57,107 nucleotides of DNA, taken from the NCBI GenBank assembly GCA_018398765.1, contig JAHBMJ010000127.1:1-57107 (forward strand). Reading direction: 5' to 3'. This document shows, piece by piece, positions 1 through 14,385 of the stretch (its first letter is position 1; the number at the start of each line of letters is the position of its first letter). The translations under genes were made by a program, and so were the position numbers. This DNA comes from Chromera velia. Taxonomy: Eukaryota. Under the pieces are notes generated by a model, which had not been told where the DNA came from, did not search any database, and saw only the letters and a list, made by a program, of their open reading frames with translations.

Positions 1-289
1 GTGTGCCGCCTAGTATGCGTGCTCTGCCATGAACGCCCGGGCCGCACAGCCTATGAATGGTCAGCCAGAAGTACCCCCCCAAGGCTAGTTTTTGTATAGA
101 AAATTCAAAGTGGGCAAAGTGTGATGAAATATACGGTACGTTGTACGTATGCCTCCGTCCGTGTTTCAGCTGGTACGTGTTGCATCAGTGATACACGTGT
201 ATATGCTTGCATATGTTGAAGTATGAACACTGGACCTCGGATGGAGTCTGAGTGTCAAGAGTGTCAATGCTCATGCACTGTGTAACATT

Positions 290-935
290 GTGGCGTTTGT
301 GTTGCCAAACAGTGGCGGAACTCAGAATATGAGTCTCGTCACGATTTATCTCATCAGTTATCAGCAGGGGTGTTGCATGGGCAGCATCCGAGTACCGAAG
401 AACATTTCGATTGGGGCCTTGGCAGAGCAGTGGAACGCAGAGGAAGACTTCACAGAATTTCGAGGGACTGTTACAGCGGAAGATCTGCTAACTGAAGAGC
501 TTGGCAGTGACAAACCGAAAGACAGCTTGATTGTACCTCAACCAAAAACATGGACGGAACTGCACCACTTGTTCAAGCCTGGTGTCGATGTAGAGTCGAT
601 AGAAGTCTATTGCTAAAAGGCGGGGAAGCAAGCTCAATGAGGGCAAAGAGGGCGATGAAAGACTCATAGCAATTGAGCGGGGCAGAGGCTGTCCATATGT
701 GTCTGGATACATGGGTAGTCGCCAGACTCGCTGCATGTTATTGAAGACGGCAATCTATCCCTGCACATGGTGTGGCTTTGAGGTTGGGCATGGCCATGTG
801 GATGATGTCATGCAGTTGAGCGGATGCTTGCGACAGGTACTTGCATGTAAGGACAAGCCAGAATCGTGGACATGCAGATGGGCTTCATGTTTCTCCTATA
901 CTGTATGGCAGAGCAGCATGATGCGCATGAACTAG
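290..935 (+). pseudogene. Possible degraded coding fragment of unknown family
   Basis: Protein-like ORFs 290-616 and 699-935 (PCTWCGFEVGHGH, Cys/His cluster) lie in different frames, separated by stops. No recognisable domain. Confidence 0.2.
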
Positions 936-1429
936 ATCAGGAAAGCTTTGGCGATCGCTTAGAATAGTTGCTGCGCGTGCTTATGCGTCTACACGACTGT
1001 ATTTCGCCGAATGCACGATTTACCAGTGTTTGCACAACTTGCCATTCATGCTTTTTCATCTTTGGCAGTCTGTTTGGTTATTTGTCCCCGCTTGGGATGG
1101 GCAGCGATGAGCAGCCGTGCGTGAGAACATCCATGTTTCGGTACGCCCGGTGATCTGCATTCGTGCGCTCATACATGTCTACTTGAATCTTTAAAATCTC
1201 GCTGTCTGTCACTCTGTCACCCATACACTCCCTGTCTCACGACTAAATGACAGTGCCTCTTCTGTGGATATATCTGTCTCAGTTTTTTTGGAGACTCGGT
1301 GCAATATTTTTGCTGTCTCAGTTGTCTTGAGTAGAAGGAACAGGAAATTGCGTGTGAATTCAGTGGTGACGTGAACTAGGACGTGAAGTGTAATTAAGTC
1401 CTGTCGGAAGGTGTAAAAAGTGGTCATGT

Positions 1430-1489
1430 CGTTTCTTTCTTTCTTTCATTCATTCTTTCTTTCTTTTTTTCTTTCTTTCATCCTTTCTT

Positions 1490-1562
<73 letters not shown>

Positions 1563-1571
1563 AGGGGGGGG
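1430..1571. repeat. Compound microsatellite (TTTC)n-(TC)n-(TG)n-(GA)n at an assembly gap edge
   Basis: Directly visible; followed by N gap 1572-2158. Confidence 0.95.
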
Positions 1572-2637
1572 NNNNNNNNNNNNNNNNNNNNNNNNNNNNN
1601 NNNNNNNNNNNNNNNNNNNNNNNNNNNNNNNNNNNNNNNNNNNNNNNNNNNNNNNNNNNNNNNNNNNNNNNNNNNNNNNNNNNNNNNNNNNNNNNNNNNN
1701 NNNNNNNNNNNNNNNNNNNNNNNNNNNNNNNNNNNNNNNNNNNNNNNNNNNNNNNNNNNNNNNNNNNNNNNNNNNNNNNNNNNNNNNNNNNNNNNNNNNN
1801 NNNNNNNNNNNNNNNNNNNNNNNNNNNNNNNNNNNNNNNNNNNNNNNNNNNNNNNNNNNNNNNNNNNNNNNNNNNNNNNNNNNNNNNNNNNNNNNNNNNN
1901 NNNNNNNNNNNNNNNNNNNNNNNNNNNNNNNNNNNNNNNNNNNNNNNNNNNNNNNNNNNNNNNNNNNNNNNNNNNNNNNNNNNNNNNNNNNNNNNNNNNN
2001 NNNNNNNNNNNNNNNNNNNNNNNNNNNNNNNNNNNNNNNNNNNNNNNNNNNNNNNNNNNNNNNNNNNNNNNNNNNNNNNNNNNNNNNNNNNNNNNNNNNN
2101 NNNNNNNNNNNNNNNNNNNNNNNNNNNNNNNNNNNNNNNNNNNNNNNNNNNNNNNNNNCCCCCCCCTTTTTTTCCTCTTTTTTCAAACAACATTTTCGAT
2201 ATTTTCGACCAAAAATTAATGACAATGATTATGTGTGACCAAAAACATTACTACTATAGTATAGATAGCTTGTCCAAGCTACCGCCTTCATATCAATCAA
2301 ATGACAATAAAAGCTCTTTAAAAAGTCTTTTTAAGTCATATTTTGACTCTCTTAATTGCTGATTCTAGTTGCCCTTTAAGAAGCGTCTCTAGAAGCATCT
2401 TTGGCTAATTAATTGGACGGCTCATCAATATTTTTGCAAAGCAGTACGTTACACATTTCAATTCTATCACTAACATTCACCAACCTATAGTATCAATTCG
2501 ATATTTGCAATAATTTTCAATGAGACATATATTTTTGTAAAAACAAATTTTGTAAATTTAAACTACAGTCTAAAGTACAATATTTGACAAAAAAAAAGAG
2601 TTTTAATGCAATATATACTGTCACCGGCCGTTGATAC

Positions 2638-2672
<35 letters not shown>

Positions 2673-3834
2673 ACATGCATCGCGTGGCCCACAGGCAGGT
2701 TGTTTGCGAATGTTTAGAATCAATTCTAGAATCAATTAATTAAAACATCTAGAGTAAAACATACCTACGTATAAACTTTTTAATATAGAAGATTGATCTA
2801 GATTCTAGAGATGGATGCACTGGTATTTGAATATACAAGCAATTGCATGATATCTATAGCCCGGTATTAGCCCCGGCCAATGACAGGAAATCGAATAACC
2901 CCCTAGATAACCGCCCTGACACTCCAGTAAACTGAAACTAAACTCTAGAGTAAACTTAAAACGCCGTGTTATAGGCGCGGCCAGGTTTGAAACGTCTGCA
3001 CCGCAGGCGCAGCCGCGGTGGCCAAAAGAAAGTACACTTAAATTTTTTTTTTAGAATTTTTTGTGGAAGGCGCAGACAGTCTTGAAAGAACCGCAATGCA
3101 GGCGCAGCCAACGTTGAAAAATTCATTTCAAAACAGACTGCAATATTAGGGGGGTTAATTAAATACCAGATCGAATAATTATAATATAACAATAATAATA
3201 ATATATGATTCAAATTTGACGAGGAAGTTCGGAGGAACGAGCCTGAGATAAACTTGAAGAGTTGAATGCATGCTACTGCTATCACTAGTACTATCATACA
3301 AGCTCTACACCTGTAGTATTATACTAGTATATCAAGTGGTACATGCTTAGGTACATGCACAAAGAACCTAGCAAAGAACTGACCTAGGAGCTGACACTGC
3401 CGGACAACCGTAACCTTTGTCAAAGCAACACCAGAACTGACCAGAAAATAATAAATGTCTGTTACTGACTGTCAGTGACCAGCCAACTGAGCCAAGCGAG
3501 CAATATGCACAGTTCAGACTAGAGTTCAGACTAGAGTTCAGATGCGTAAACTTCCGGGGATTGGAACCGGTGCCAGGTCCGGTGGAATCTGGTGCAGATG
3601 TATCCCATTCAGGGAAAAGCACAACATGCAGAGCCCGCCCATCGAATTCTAGATCGAATTAGATCGCAACTTTCATCCAGAAAGACACTCGATCAAATCC
3701 CTCTCACGAGGTCTTCAACGGGAAGGAAGTTCAGTTCCAGGCCTGATCGATGCCGAGAGCACAAAAGCTCCTCTGGCAGCAACAGAGCTACACATCTGTG
3801 AATCGAGACCGATGGTCAGCTAGCGAGAACGGAA

Positions 3835-6254
3835 CTAGTACCGCCTGGAGCCCCCCCTTTCCCGACCCCAGTCTCTATCTCTGTCTCTGTCGTAATACCG
3901 ATCTCGATCTCTTTCTCTCGATCTTGACCGGTCTCTCTGTCTGTCCCCTCTTCCGTATTCGGGCATCCTTCCCCTTTCTCTGTCTCTGTCACGATCTCTT
4001 TCTCTGCTCACAGAACGCCCATGACGGTGCTCACGGTCCCGGTCTCTTGGCGGCTCTCGGCTCCTGCTCCTGCCGGTAGGACTGTGGTCACGTCGACGTG
4101 GGGGGGGATTCTCTCGATGATCTCTTTCTCTTTCTCTCTCCCCCCTTTCCTTCTCCCAGAAACCATCAGGAACCCTGTTTCTGTTTCTGTGACCGTCTCC
4201 CTCTCTCTCCCGTCTCTCGTGAGATTCCATGTGAGTCAGAGAGGAGGAGTGGCCTTTGTCTCTGTTGACAGAGTCGTCATCGGAGGAGGAACTAGAGTCG
4301 TGGTGGTGCTTTTTGGTTTTCTTTTCTTTCTTCTGTTTTTTCTCCTTCTTGTGTTTCTTCACTTTCTTGTCTTTCTTGTCCTTCTTTTCTTTCTTGTGCT
4401 TCCCGTCCCGACTGTCCATCCCCTCATCTGACCCGCGCCCCCGAGAGGCCCCTCTGCCATTCCGATCTCTGTCTCGGTCCCTTCCCCCTTCCTCCCTGCC
4501 TCTCCTCTCATCCTCAAACCTCCTTCCATTGGAATCGCCTACATCGTCACGCTCGTCAAACACAAAACCACCACGCCCCCCAGGACCACGCGGTTCGTCC
4601 CTCACGCCGTACGGCTGAAGAGGCACATCCCGAGGCCCACCCCTTCCCCTTCCACCCCCCGAAGCGCCCCCTCCCCTCTCATGAAATGGCGGCCTCCCTC
4701 CAAAGCCTCCCCGACCTCTTCCCCTTCCCCTCCCCCCCCCGCGACTCGCAGAGACCGACACCCCGAATCTGTTCTCAAGGTCTGCCGCGTCCTCCCTCGA
4801 CCCCCTCGCCCCCTGCTTCTTGAATTTCGACCAATGGTGCGCCACCGACTGGGAGAAGTCTACGTGGATGCTGCAGACGTACAGGCACGGCAGGGAAGCA
4901 AGGGGGTAGGCAGGCGATCATGCAGGAATGAAATTGTGCAAACAGATAAAGTGCGTGTTCATCGAGAGGCAGATGGAAAGCTAGGTCGTCCATCCATCCA
5001 CCAGTCAGTCAGACAGCCAGACTCCGACAATTTAAGTTCATCTCAAAACTTGAGACATTTTTTGAGCATACCATTCGAATAGATGAGGAACAACTGACGG
5101 ACAGAAGAGAAGGGACAGCCCAAATAGTCAGCCATTACGGAAGGAAGGCAAATTGGGTTCCAGATATGAGGCACATGAGCCAGGCGAAAAGGCACACAAA
5201 GCAAGTGAAGAAGCTTCAAACCGACGGCATCAAGTACAAGCAGTCAGACCCACAGACACGGTCACACACGGCATTAGAAAAGAGGGACGGAAAAGAGGCG
5301 CTCAGAGATAACAAGTTTTTCATAAACAAGGGACGGCAGTCAGTGAAAAGGAAACCGTAACGGAGAAGAGGACAAAAGACACGCGTCGGAGGTGGGCGAG
5401 CAAAGAATGAGAGTCATTTGTTCAGCGGAAGACGACGGAAAGATTGGAGAGCGAGGAGGAGGAAACGGAGCGGAGGTAAGTAAAAGAGGACTCACCGTGC
5501 CCCTCCCCCCCCTCCTTTTTTTATTTTTCTGTGTGCGATTTGAACAACCTAATTGTCACCTCAATTCAATAATGGAGAGCGACGTGCCTCTCACACACCT
5601 CCGTGATTCATTGACAAGCTTTTGACTAGCTTACTGACTGACTGATTGACTGACTGAGCGACTTACCGTCTGTCGTCCACGAGAACCTGGTCCATTTTGT
5701 AGTACGCGTCTTCTGCCATTTTCTTCTCCTGAAATTCGATGAAGGCGTACTGAAGAGAGTCCCCCGTCTTCCAGTCTCTGATGATCTGACAAGACTCGAT
5801 CTTTCCAAACCTGCAACAGGGAACACACATATACACACACACACATTTTCAAAAAGCGGGAGCCTGGAGCAAAGAAGGTCGCACACATGCAGGTACACCA
5901 CCTGTTTGAATTCAGACATGCAGTACTGCCTTTCCTCTTTTTTCCTACTGACCGAGAGAAGATCATTTCGAGGTCCGAATCTTCAGTGTAGGGGTTCAGT
6001 TTGCACACGAACAGGACGTTCTCTGGAGGCTTCATGTCTGCATCAGGGATGTCTCCCAACACTTCCAGAAGAATGGCTCGGCTCTTTGCCTCTGCCTTCT
6101 GGAGTGCTTCATCTGCATTCTTCTTCTCTTCGTTCCTTTCCGGTTGTCCTTGACCACTTTCTCCCGCCTTCCTTCCTTCCGTCACGTCTCCGTCTGTCTC
6201 TGGGGGAGGGGCGGGCCCTTCCTCGGAGCGCTCGTCTTCTTCGGCTCCACCCAT
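3835..6254 (-). CDS. PPIL4/Cyp59-type RRM protein with Arg/Asp/Ser/Lys-rich tail, no cyclophilin domain (3 exons, about 493 aa)
   Basis: Exons 6254-5953, 5810-5667 and 4870-3835 join in phase across GT-AG introns. They give [72 protein letters not shown]...[20 protein letters not shown], the characteristic PPIL4 RRM, then an RGG and RD/RS-rich tail. Confidence 0.9.
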
Positions 6255-6955
6255 ATTTTTTCGAGAACAGGCGGATCACAAGTAAAGCTACGGGTGTCTG
6301 CAGCGCTTAAACACTAGCGCCAACCACAGTGACCTTCCGTGGTGAGGGAGAAAGGGAAACTCACACCTCCAGGTTTTATGGAGGCACACGCGACAAGCCA
6401 CTGCACGGGTGCCGAAAAGACTGCTGCCCAAAGCCAGTTTGAAAATTTCAAATTAAGACTCTCTGTATGACGGGAGAAACTTACACGTGCTGTGAAGTGG
6501 TGTCAAAAGGAGGAACACTATCACCCCCCTTGTCCTATTTGGAACCCCTACTGTTTTTGGCGGCGGCGTCCAGAGCTCGTGGGCCCAAATCAAACAACCC
6601 CGGGGGTTTTTGCGGCGGCGGCCCGACCTCCCAATAAAACCAGGGTTCGTTTTAAGCGGTCGACTCTGCCGTCTCCAATTGCCGTCTCCAAGTCACGCTG
6701 AAAGAATATGATACTTCAATCAACTCAATGGACTCATGCTCAGCGCCCAGCTGTTCTTTACTGTCATACTCTACTTGCTTGCAGGGTTGGCGGGAGCTTT
6801 GCTGTCCTGGTCTGTCCTACCTATTCTTTCCTTGTCTGGTGTGGTCTGCATTGCAATTTCTGGTGATTTTGGTAGTTCATGCCTCACCCAAACCGTCTCA
6901 CGCATTGTCTGACAGAGTCCCCTTAAGGTGGTTGTTTTTTTTTTGACTCGAAAAC

Positions 6956-8845
6956 ATGCCTGGTGATTCTCGAAATGGCGGGGAAGAGCCTCCTGAGAAA
7001 AAGGCAAAAACTGGCATGTCAGACCTACAGATCCAGCTTTCTGCAGAGGATCAAGAGCTTCTGTCAAAGAACAAGATCACCCTCAAAACCGTCATGTATC
7101 AGGGCCAGAAACGCGTGGAGGCAAGCTGCAAGCCTTGTGGCAAGCAGTTTCTGCTGAGGCGCGCTAACAATCTGTATGAGATCTACCACACCAACAAGAA
7201 GGAGGATGCTGAGGGACATATTCATGAGGGGAGCCACTTTCTTGCACTACAAAATTTCAAGACACAGACGAGGCTTGGTGCATTTTTTAAGCAGGAAAAG
7301 CCCAAAACTGCAGCTGCAGTCAATCCTGGACGAGTTGACCCTCTGCCGCCTGGGAACCAGGCTGGGGGAGGAGATCAACAAGCTCTTCCTGAACCTGTCC
7401 ACCCACCTGATAGGTATCATGGGCTCTGTATGTTTGCTGCCAAGAACATGAAGCTGAAGAATCTGGACGAGCAGGTGAAGTACCTCAAATTGAAGAAAAA
7501 ATATTCCACCAAGCTCAATATGGAACAGCTTCAGTACAACAACCACCCCCGGGTCTTGGATTTCCAGGACACCATCCATGCAGCGAACTGCCCTTTTGTG
7601 CCTGTGGAGGAGAAGGCGCACCTCAACTTCTCCTCTGGCTCCCTTTCTCATACGAAGTGGCATCTTTCATCTGAGTGTAAAGAGCTCCAGGAGGTCAAGG
7701 CTGACAAGAACCCCCTGCACAAGCAGAAGGACAGTCTTTTATTTTTTGGAGAGGTGGAGAAGGTGTTAGAGAAGTACAAGTTCACTCACCACGAGGACCT
7801 CCTGAAGTTGAGGCGCGACAGGGCTTCAGCAGATCAAATTGCTCACCTGCAGAGCCTGCACGACAAGGAAGTGAAGCACATCAGCAGCGTGAGTTGCTAC
7901 GACAATGCCTTGTACTCCGCCGAGCTGCCCAAACTTAAAGTGAGAGTAGCACTCCTGAAGGACCACACAAAGATGTTTAAGCTGAACACCCACTTAGGCT
8001 ACATCGCCCAGGACCGCTTTCTGATCGACTTCTGTGACCTGCACATGAAGGGGCTGATCAACAACACGGCATTTCTTGATCTTGCAAAGTGTTTCACAGC
8101 ACGGGTGCTTGGTCACAAGAATGCTCCCTTGGGAGAACGGTGGAGTGCATGTATGCACGTCTTCTGTGCAGACGGAGGTGACAGAGTCCGAAAAGAGTTG
8201 CGAGACAGTCAGTCACCCCTTTCTGACATTTGCCCTCCCTCCCTTTTTTATCTCTTTTTCCTTTTCTCCTCAATCCTTGCTTTCGTCCCCCACAAAAATT
8301 CTCTTTAGGCCGGCGATTTTCACATCCGATTTCCACTTTCAAGTTTTGTTTTGTCTTCCTCCCGTCTCATATTTTTTTTTCCTTCTTTTTTTTACCTTAT
8401 TCTTGTGTGCCTTCGATTTCACCCGCTGCTTGCAGACTTGGTTGCTGTGAACAAAAAGTACTTCGACCACTCTAAGAAGAAGATGGAGGGTGCGGTCGAC
8501 AACCTGTTTGACACGACCAAGGCGAAAGTGGCAGAGAGACTTGAGTGAGGGGTTACACTTTTTCGTAGCAAACCTCCTCTTGCTCTGAGGGGGGGGGTGT
8601 ATGCGTTGTCTTTGCTGCTTGACGCCTCGAAGAACAGGAAAGGAATGGTCTACCACCAGACGCTCAAGCTCTGGTTTAGGGGGGTGAAAGAGGAGCAGTT
8701 TGTTGCAGTGTACGATCCGTTGGATCCGTTTGAGGACGATAAGCTAGCCCAGTTCATCACTGTTGCTTTGATGGTGTGTCATGACCTGGCGGAATGCGAG
8801 GAGATTGTGTTGGGGGTATATCTCCACATAACTTTTGAATTATAG
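6956..8845 (+). pseudogene. Truncated P-element/THAP9-like transposase with N-terminal CxxC...H...H zinc finger
   Basis: Exon 6956-8207 (donor GTCAGT) splices in phase to 8436, giving GGDRVRKELRDNL. Later LSLLLDASKNRKGMVY...LAQFITVALMV resembles the first catalytic-Asp block of P-family transposases. TGA at 8546-8548 is an in-frame stop or lies in a short intron. The ORF runs into a satellite at 8827. Confidence 0.55.
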
Positions 8846-9482
8846 CGAATTAGAAGTTGAAATTAAAGCTGTAAAGCCCTCTAGCATGAATCTATTACAT
8901 TCTTTACAACTTTTTTAGAATCACATAAATTTTGTGTACACTTGTAATATTCTTTTTTTAGACTGGAAGTGAGGTTAGGTTTGCTATATACAATCAACTA
9001 GACTTTTATCATAAAAATATATAAATTCATAACTTTTGAATTATAGCGAATTAGAAGTTGAAATTAAAGCTGTAAAGCCCTCTAGCATGAATCTATTACA
9101 TTCTTTACAACTTTTTTAGAATCATATAAATTTTGTGTACACTTGTAATATTCTTTTTTTAGACTGGGAGTGAGGTTAGGTTTGCTATACACAATCAACT
9201 AGACTTTTATCATAAAAATATATAAATTCATAACTTTTGAATTATAGCGAATTAGAAGTTGAAATTAAAGCTCCAAAGCCCTCTAGCATGAATCTATTAC
9301 ATTCTTTACAACTTTTTTAGAATTAAATAAAATTTATGTACACTTATAATATTCTTTTTTTAGACTGGGAGTGAGGTTAGGTTTGCTATACACAATCAAC
9401 TGGGCTTTCATCATAAAAATACATAAATTCATAACTTTTGAATTACAGCGAATTAGAAATTGAAATTAAAGCTGTAAAGCCG
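8827..9482. repeat. AT-rich 201-bp tandem repeat, about 3.3 copies
   Basis: Near-identical units starting CATAACTTTTGAATTA at 8827, 9028, 9229 and 9430. Confidence 0.95.
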
Positions 9483-9698
9483 TCTAACACAAATCTATTA
9501 AAGCCTTTAAAACTTGTCTTGACAAAGTGCGAACAACATGTCTATTCACCATATAACAGCCAGACAGCCAGACAGTCAGACAGTCAGACAGCCAGGCAGA
9601 TCTAGGCAGAGGAAAAGCGGCATGCGTGAAAATGAATAAAGAGAGAGCAGCAAATAGTGGGAAGGGCAGAATAGACAGGCAATTATCGCACGCACGCA

Positions 9699-9736
<38 letters not shown>

Positions 9737-9780
9737 ATCGTACACACATATGGAAGGTGCAAGTACCGGAAGAGCGGAGG

Positions 9781-10479
9781 AGGTGCAAATATGCAAGGAA
9801 CGTGCGAGAAAAGAGCGGAGGAGGTGCAAACATGCAAAGAACGTGCGGGGAAAGAGCGGGAAAGGTGCAAACATGCGAGGAACGTGCGAGGAAAGAGCGA
9901 GGGAGGTGCAAACATGCGAGGAACGTGCAAGGAAAGAGCGGGGGAGGTGCAAACATGTGAGGAACATGCGAGGAAAGGGCGGGGAAGGTGCAAACATGTG
10001 AGGAACGTGCGAGGAAAGAGCGGGGGAGGTGCAAACATGCAAGGAACGTGCGAGGAAAGAGCGGGAGAGGTACAAACATGCAAGGAACGTGCGAGGAAAG
10101 AGCGGAGGAGGTGCAAAGATGCGAGGAACGTGCGAGAAAAGGGCGGGGGAGGTGCAAACATGCGAGGAACGTGCGAGAAAAGAGCGGGGGAGGTGCAAAC
10201 ATGCAAGGAACGTGCGAGGAAAGGGCGGGGGAGGTGCAAACATGCGAGGAACGTGCGAAGAAAGGGCGGGGGAAGTTCAAACATGCGAGGAACGTGCGAG
10301 AAAAGAGCGGGAGAGGTGCAAACATACAAGGAACGTGCGAGGAAAGAGCGGAGGAGGTGCAAACATGCGAGGAACGTGCGAGGAAAGGGCAGAGGAGGTG
10401 CAAACATGCGAGGAACGTGCGAAGAAAGGGCGGGGGAGGTGCAAACATGCGAGGAACGTGCGAGGAAAGAGCGGGGGAG
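9781..10479. repeat. 41-bp minisatellite, about 17 copies (AGGTGCAAACATGCGAGGAACGTGCGAGGAAAGAGCGGGGG)
   Basis: Units start at 9781, 9822 and onward, with point variants and no spacers. Confidence 0.95.
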
Positions 10480-10704
10480 GAAAAACACCCGAAATGAAAA
10501 ATCGAGAAAAGAGACAGATGAGAGGAAATACAAATGCACGCAGTGAACACAAAAACATGCAATGCCGAGTGCAAAATGAGAAGACACAGACCCGCAACAG
10601 GCATGCACGGGACTCATGTCATACACACACAAAGACAGACAGACAGTCACTGAGTTAAAATCTTAGAGAAGGAGAAGGGAACAGGAGAAGCAACGGAATA
10701 ACGT

Positions 10705-12050
<1,346 letters not shown>

Positions 12051-12559
12051 CGGTAAGGAGGCAAGTACACAGTAAGGGAGGGGGGATCAGTCAATGTTCC
12101 CGCAGTTTCAACAGACCTAGATCCTCATCAGGCTGGTGCAGAGAAAGCCCAGTGCGAGCGGTAATGGAGGCGCGTTACGAAGGCGTTGAACAGACGTGGA
12201 TATACAGACCACTGTAGACACGGTTTGAATTTTCGCTTGAGTCGATACACTCTGACTGAGCAGAGCCTCAGAATAGAAAACGCTCTCTTCAGGGAACTTG
12301 TTTGAGTTACCCGTACCCCTGTCTTGCAGTGTTCTGCTCCGTCTAATATGACCGATGGAGTCTGAAGGGAGCACAGTGCTTTCGGCATGCATGCAAGGTC
12401 GGGATGAAAACACCTTCGATCGAACCGAGAAGGAGGGGCAGGAAGAAGGCCCTATGTGGCCCTATATGATGCGACGCATATAAACAGACTTCAGGAGGGA
12501 GCTATAGTCAGAGTAGTTGTGGCATGTTGTGGCAGTTTCCCCCTTTCAAATCTATTGAT

Positions 12560-14053
12560 AACCTCAGCAACAATGACTGACCTTCGGCGACAAACGGAAC
12601 ACTTCTGCCGACCTCCGAGGTCCGAGCGAGAAAATACTTTGTTGCTTCTGCACCGAAGCTCCCTGATGATCAAGGAATCTGAAGCTTAAAACAAGCAAAC
12701 TATTGCTACAGTTTCGACGTGCTCGGACAGATTGAGAGCAGTTGGGTCTGAAAGCACAATTTTTTTCAAAGGTCAGTCAAATTCACAGCATCCTGAAAGC
12801 GAAACCATATGCAGAGAGGTGTGTGCACTGCGCCTCCGAGGCAGACGCGCGGCGAAGAGGCCGGGGAAAACTGGGACATCTCAAAGGTGCTTCTGGAGGT
12901 GGCAAAGCTGGTTATGTAAACAGGATTAATATATATATACAGCTGAGAGCTGGGTCTTTGATCTCGAATCTTTCACTAGAAAGAATCGCCCCAGAGGCCG
13001 AAAGAACCCCTACCATTTTTGCGGCGGCGGCGAGCCCTCAGAACAAAAAGGGGGTTCATTTCCACATATGAAATTCCTGGCTTGAAGACCTAACTCGAGA
13101 TTTTTAGATTTCTAAAGTTAATATTTAACAGGGGTGAGTGTCTAAAATTACATTAAAATTTAAAAGCATCTTTAAGTAGAATTTTTAAAGTTGGGGACTA
13201 AAGGGGTGATTTAAAAAGTGATAGTCCGAGCTAAAATCGGTTTTAACTGTCAACATCAATCTCAAAGTCTTCGTTTTTCCTTCTGTCATCTGACCCATAC
13301 AGCACCTGCACATACAAGGACACATACACAAGTGGACACAGGTTTACATTGACATCATTTCACACAATGGCCAATTTCACAAACGTGCCTACGTCAGTGT
13401 TTGAGCTGAAAGACATCTTGGATCAAGGCAGGGTCCCTTTGGTCACTCAGCTGCTGCAGTGGGGGCTGCTGTCTCTTGAAAAACAATGTGACAGATGCAA
13501 GTATTCATTCCGTATCTATCTTGACTTCANNNNNNNNNNNAACCTCAGCAACAATGACTGACCTTCGGCGACAAACGGAACACTTCTGCCGACCTCCGAG
13601 GTCCGAGCGAGAAAATACTTTGTTGCTTCTGCACCGAAGCTCCCTGATGATCAAGGAATCTGAAGCTTAAAACAAGCAAACTATTGCTACAGTTTCGACG
13701 TGCTCGGACAGATTGAGAGCAGTTGGGTCTGAAAGCACAATTTTTTTCAAAGGTCAGTCAAATTCACAGCATCCTGAAAGCGAAACCATATGCAGAGAGG
13801 TGTGTGCACTGCGCCTCCGAGGCAGACGCGCGGCGAAGAGGCCGGGGAAAACTGGGACATCTCAAAGGTGCTTCTGGAGGTGGCAAAGCTGGTTATGTAA
13901 ACAGGATTAATATATATATACAGCTGAGAGCTGGGTCTTTGATCTCGAATCTTTCACTAGAAAGAATCGCCCCAGAGGCCGAAAGAACCCCTACCATTTT
14001 TGCGGCGGCGGCGAGCCCTCAGAACAAAAAGGGGGTTCATTTCCACATATGAA
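12560..14053. repeat. Identical 513-bp direct duplication (12560-13072 = 13541-14053) spanning an N gap
   Basis: The same sequence and identical ORF translations occur in both copies. The second copy starts exactly at the end of gap 13530-13540. Confidence 0.9.
13367..13529 (+). mobile_element. Possible Merlin/IS1016 (ISXO2)-like transposase N-terminus, cut by the gap
   Basis: MANFTNV...LVTQLLQWGLLSLEKQCDRCKYSFRI resembles the GLL-x5-CxxC zinc-ribbon start of Merlin transposases. Confidence 0.4.
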
Positions 14054-14184
14054 GCACCCCGCAGCGGCGGCGGCAAGGCTTCCACCCAAAAAGTAGGTTC
14101 ATTTACTTTTGGGGGGGGACACCAGGGGTGATGGAACACTCCTATGCACTTCCCCATACTTCCCCCTTTGGTCGTCTAAGTTCT

Positions 14185-14385
14185 GCCGACCGCGACCGCT
14201 TCGGCGGGCGGCGCGAAATTTGTGGTGACCGCGCGCTCGCGGCCGGCCGGGGCGCGCGAAGGGCGCGGGAATTAAGAGGCCCGCCGGCCGGCCGGGAGTT
14301 CAAAAAGTTTTGGAAAAAAGTGCAACTTTGCTACAGCGCGATAACAGCGCGCGCAGTCGACGGACGCCGGTCCGACGGTGGCCAC
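14185..14385. promoter_or_regulatory. GC/CpG-rich island upstream of the EEP gene
   Basis: Dense CGCG/GGCCGGCC tract about 250-450 bp upstream of ATG 14634. Similar islands precede other genes in the window. Confidence 0.45.

Noticed and set aside
1420..2362. ORFs across N gaps (also 24184-24527)
   Set aside because: They are open only because of the N runs.
9781..10479. CRISPR-like regular repeats (also 24449-24781 and 47598-48017)
   Set aside because: Units are contiguous with no unique spacers, no cas genes are present, and the context is eukaryotic.
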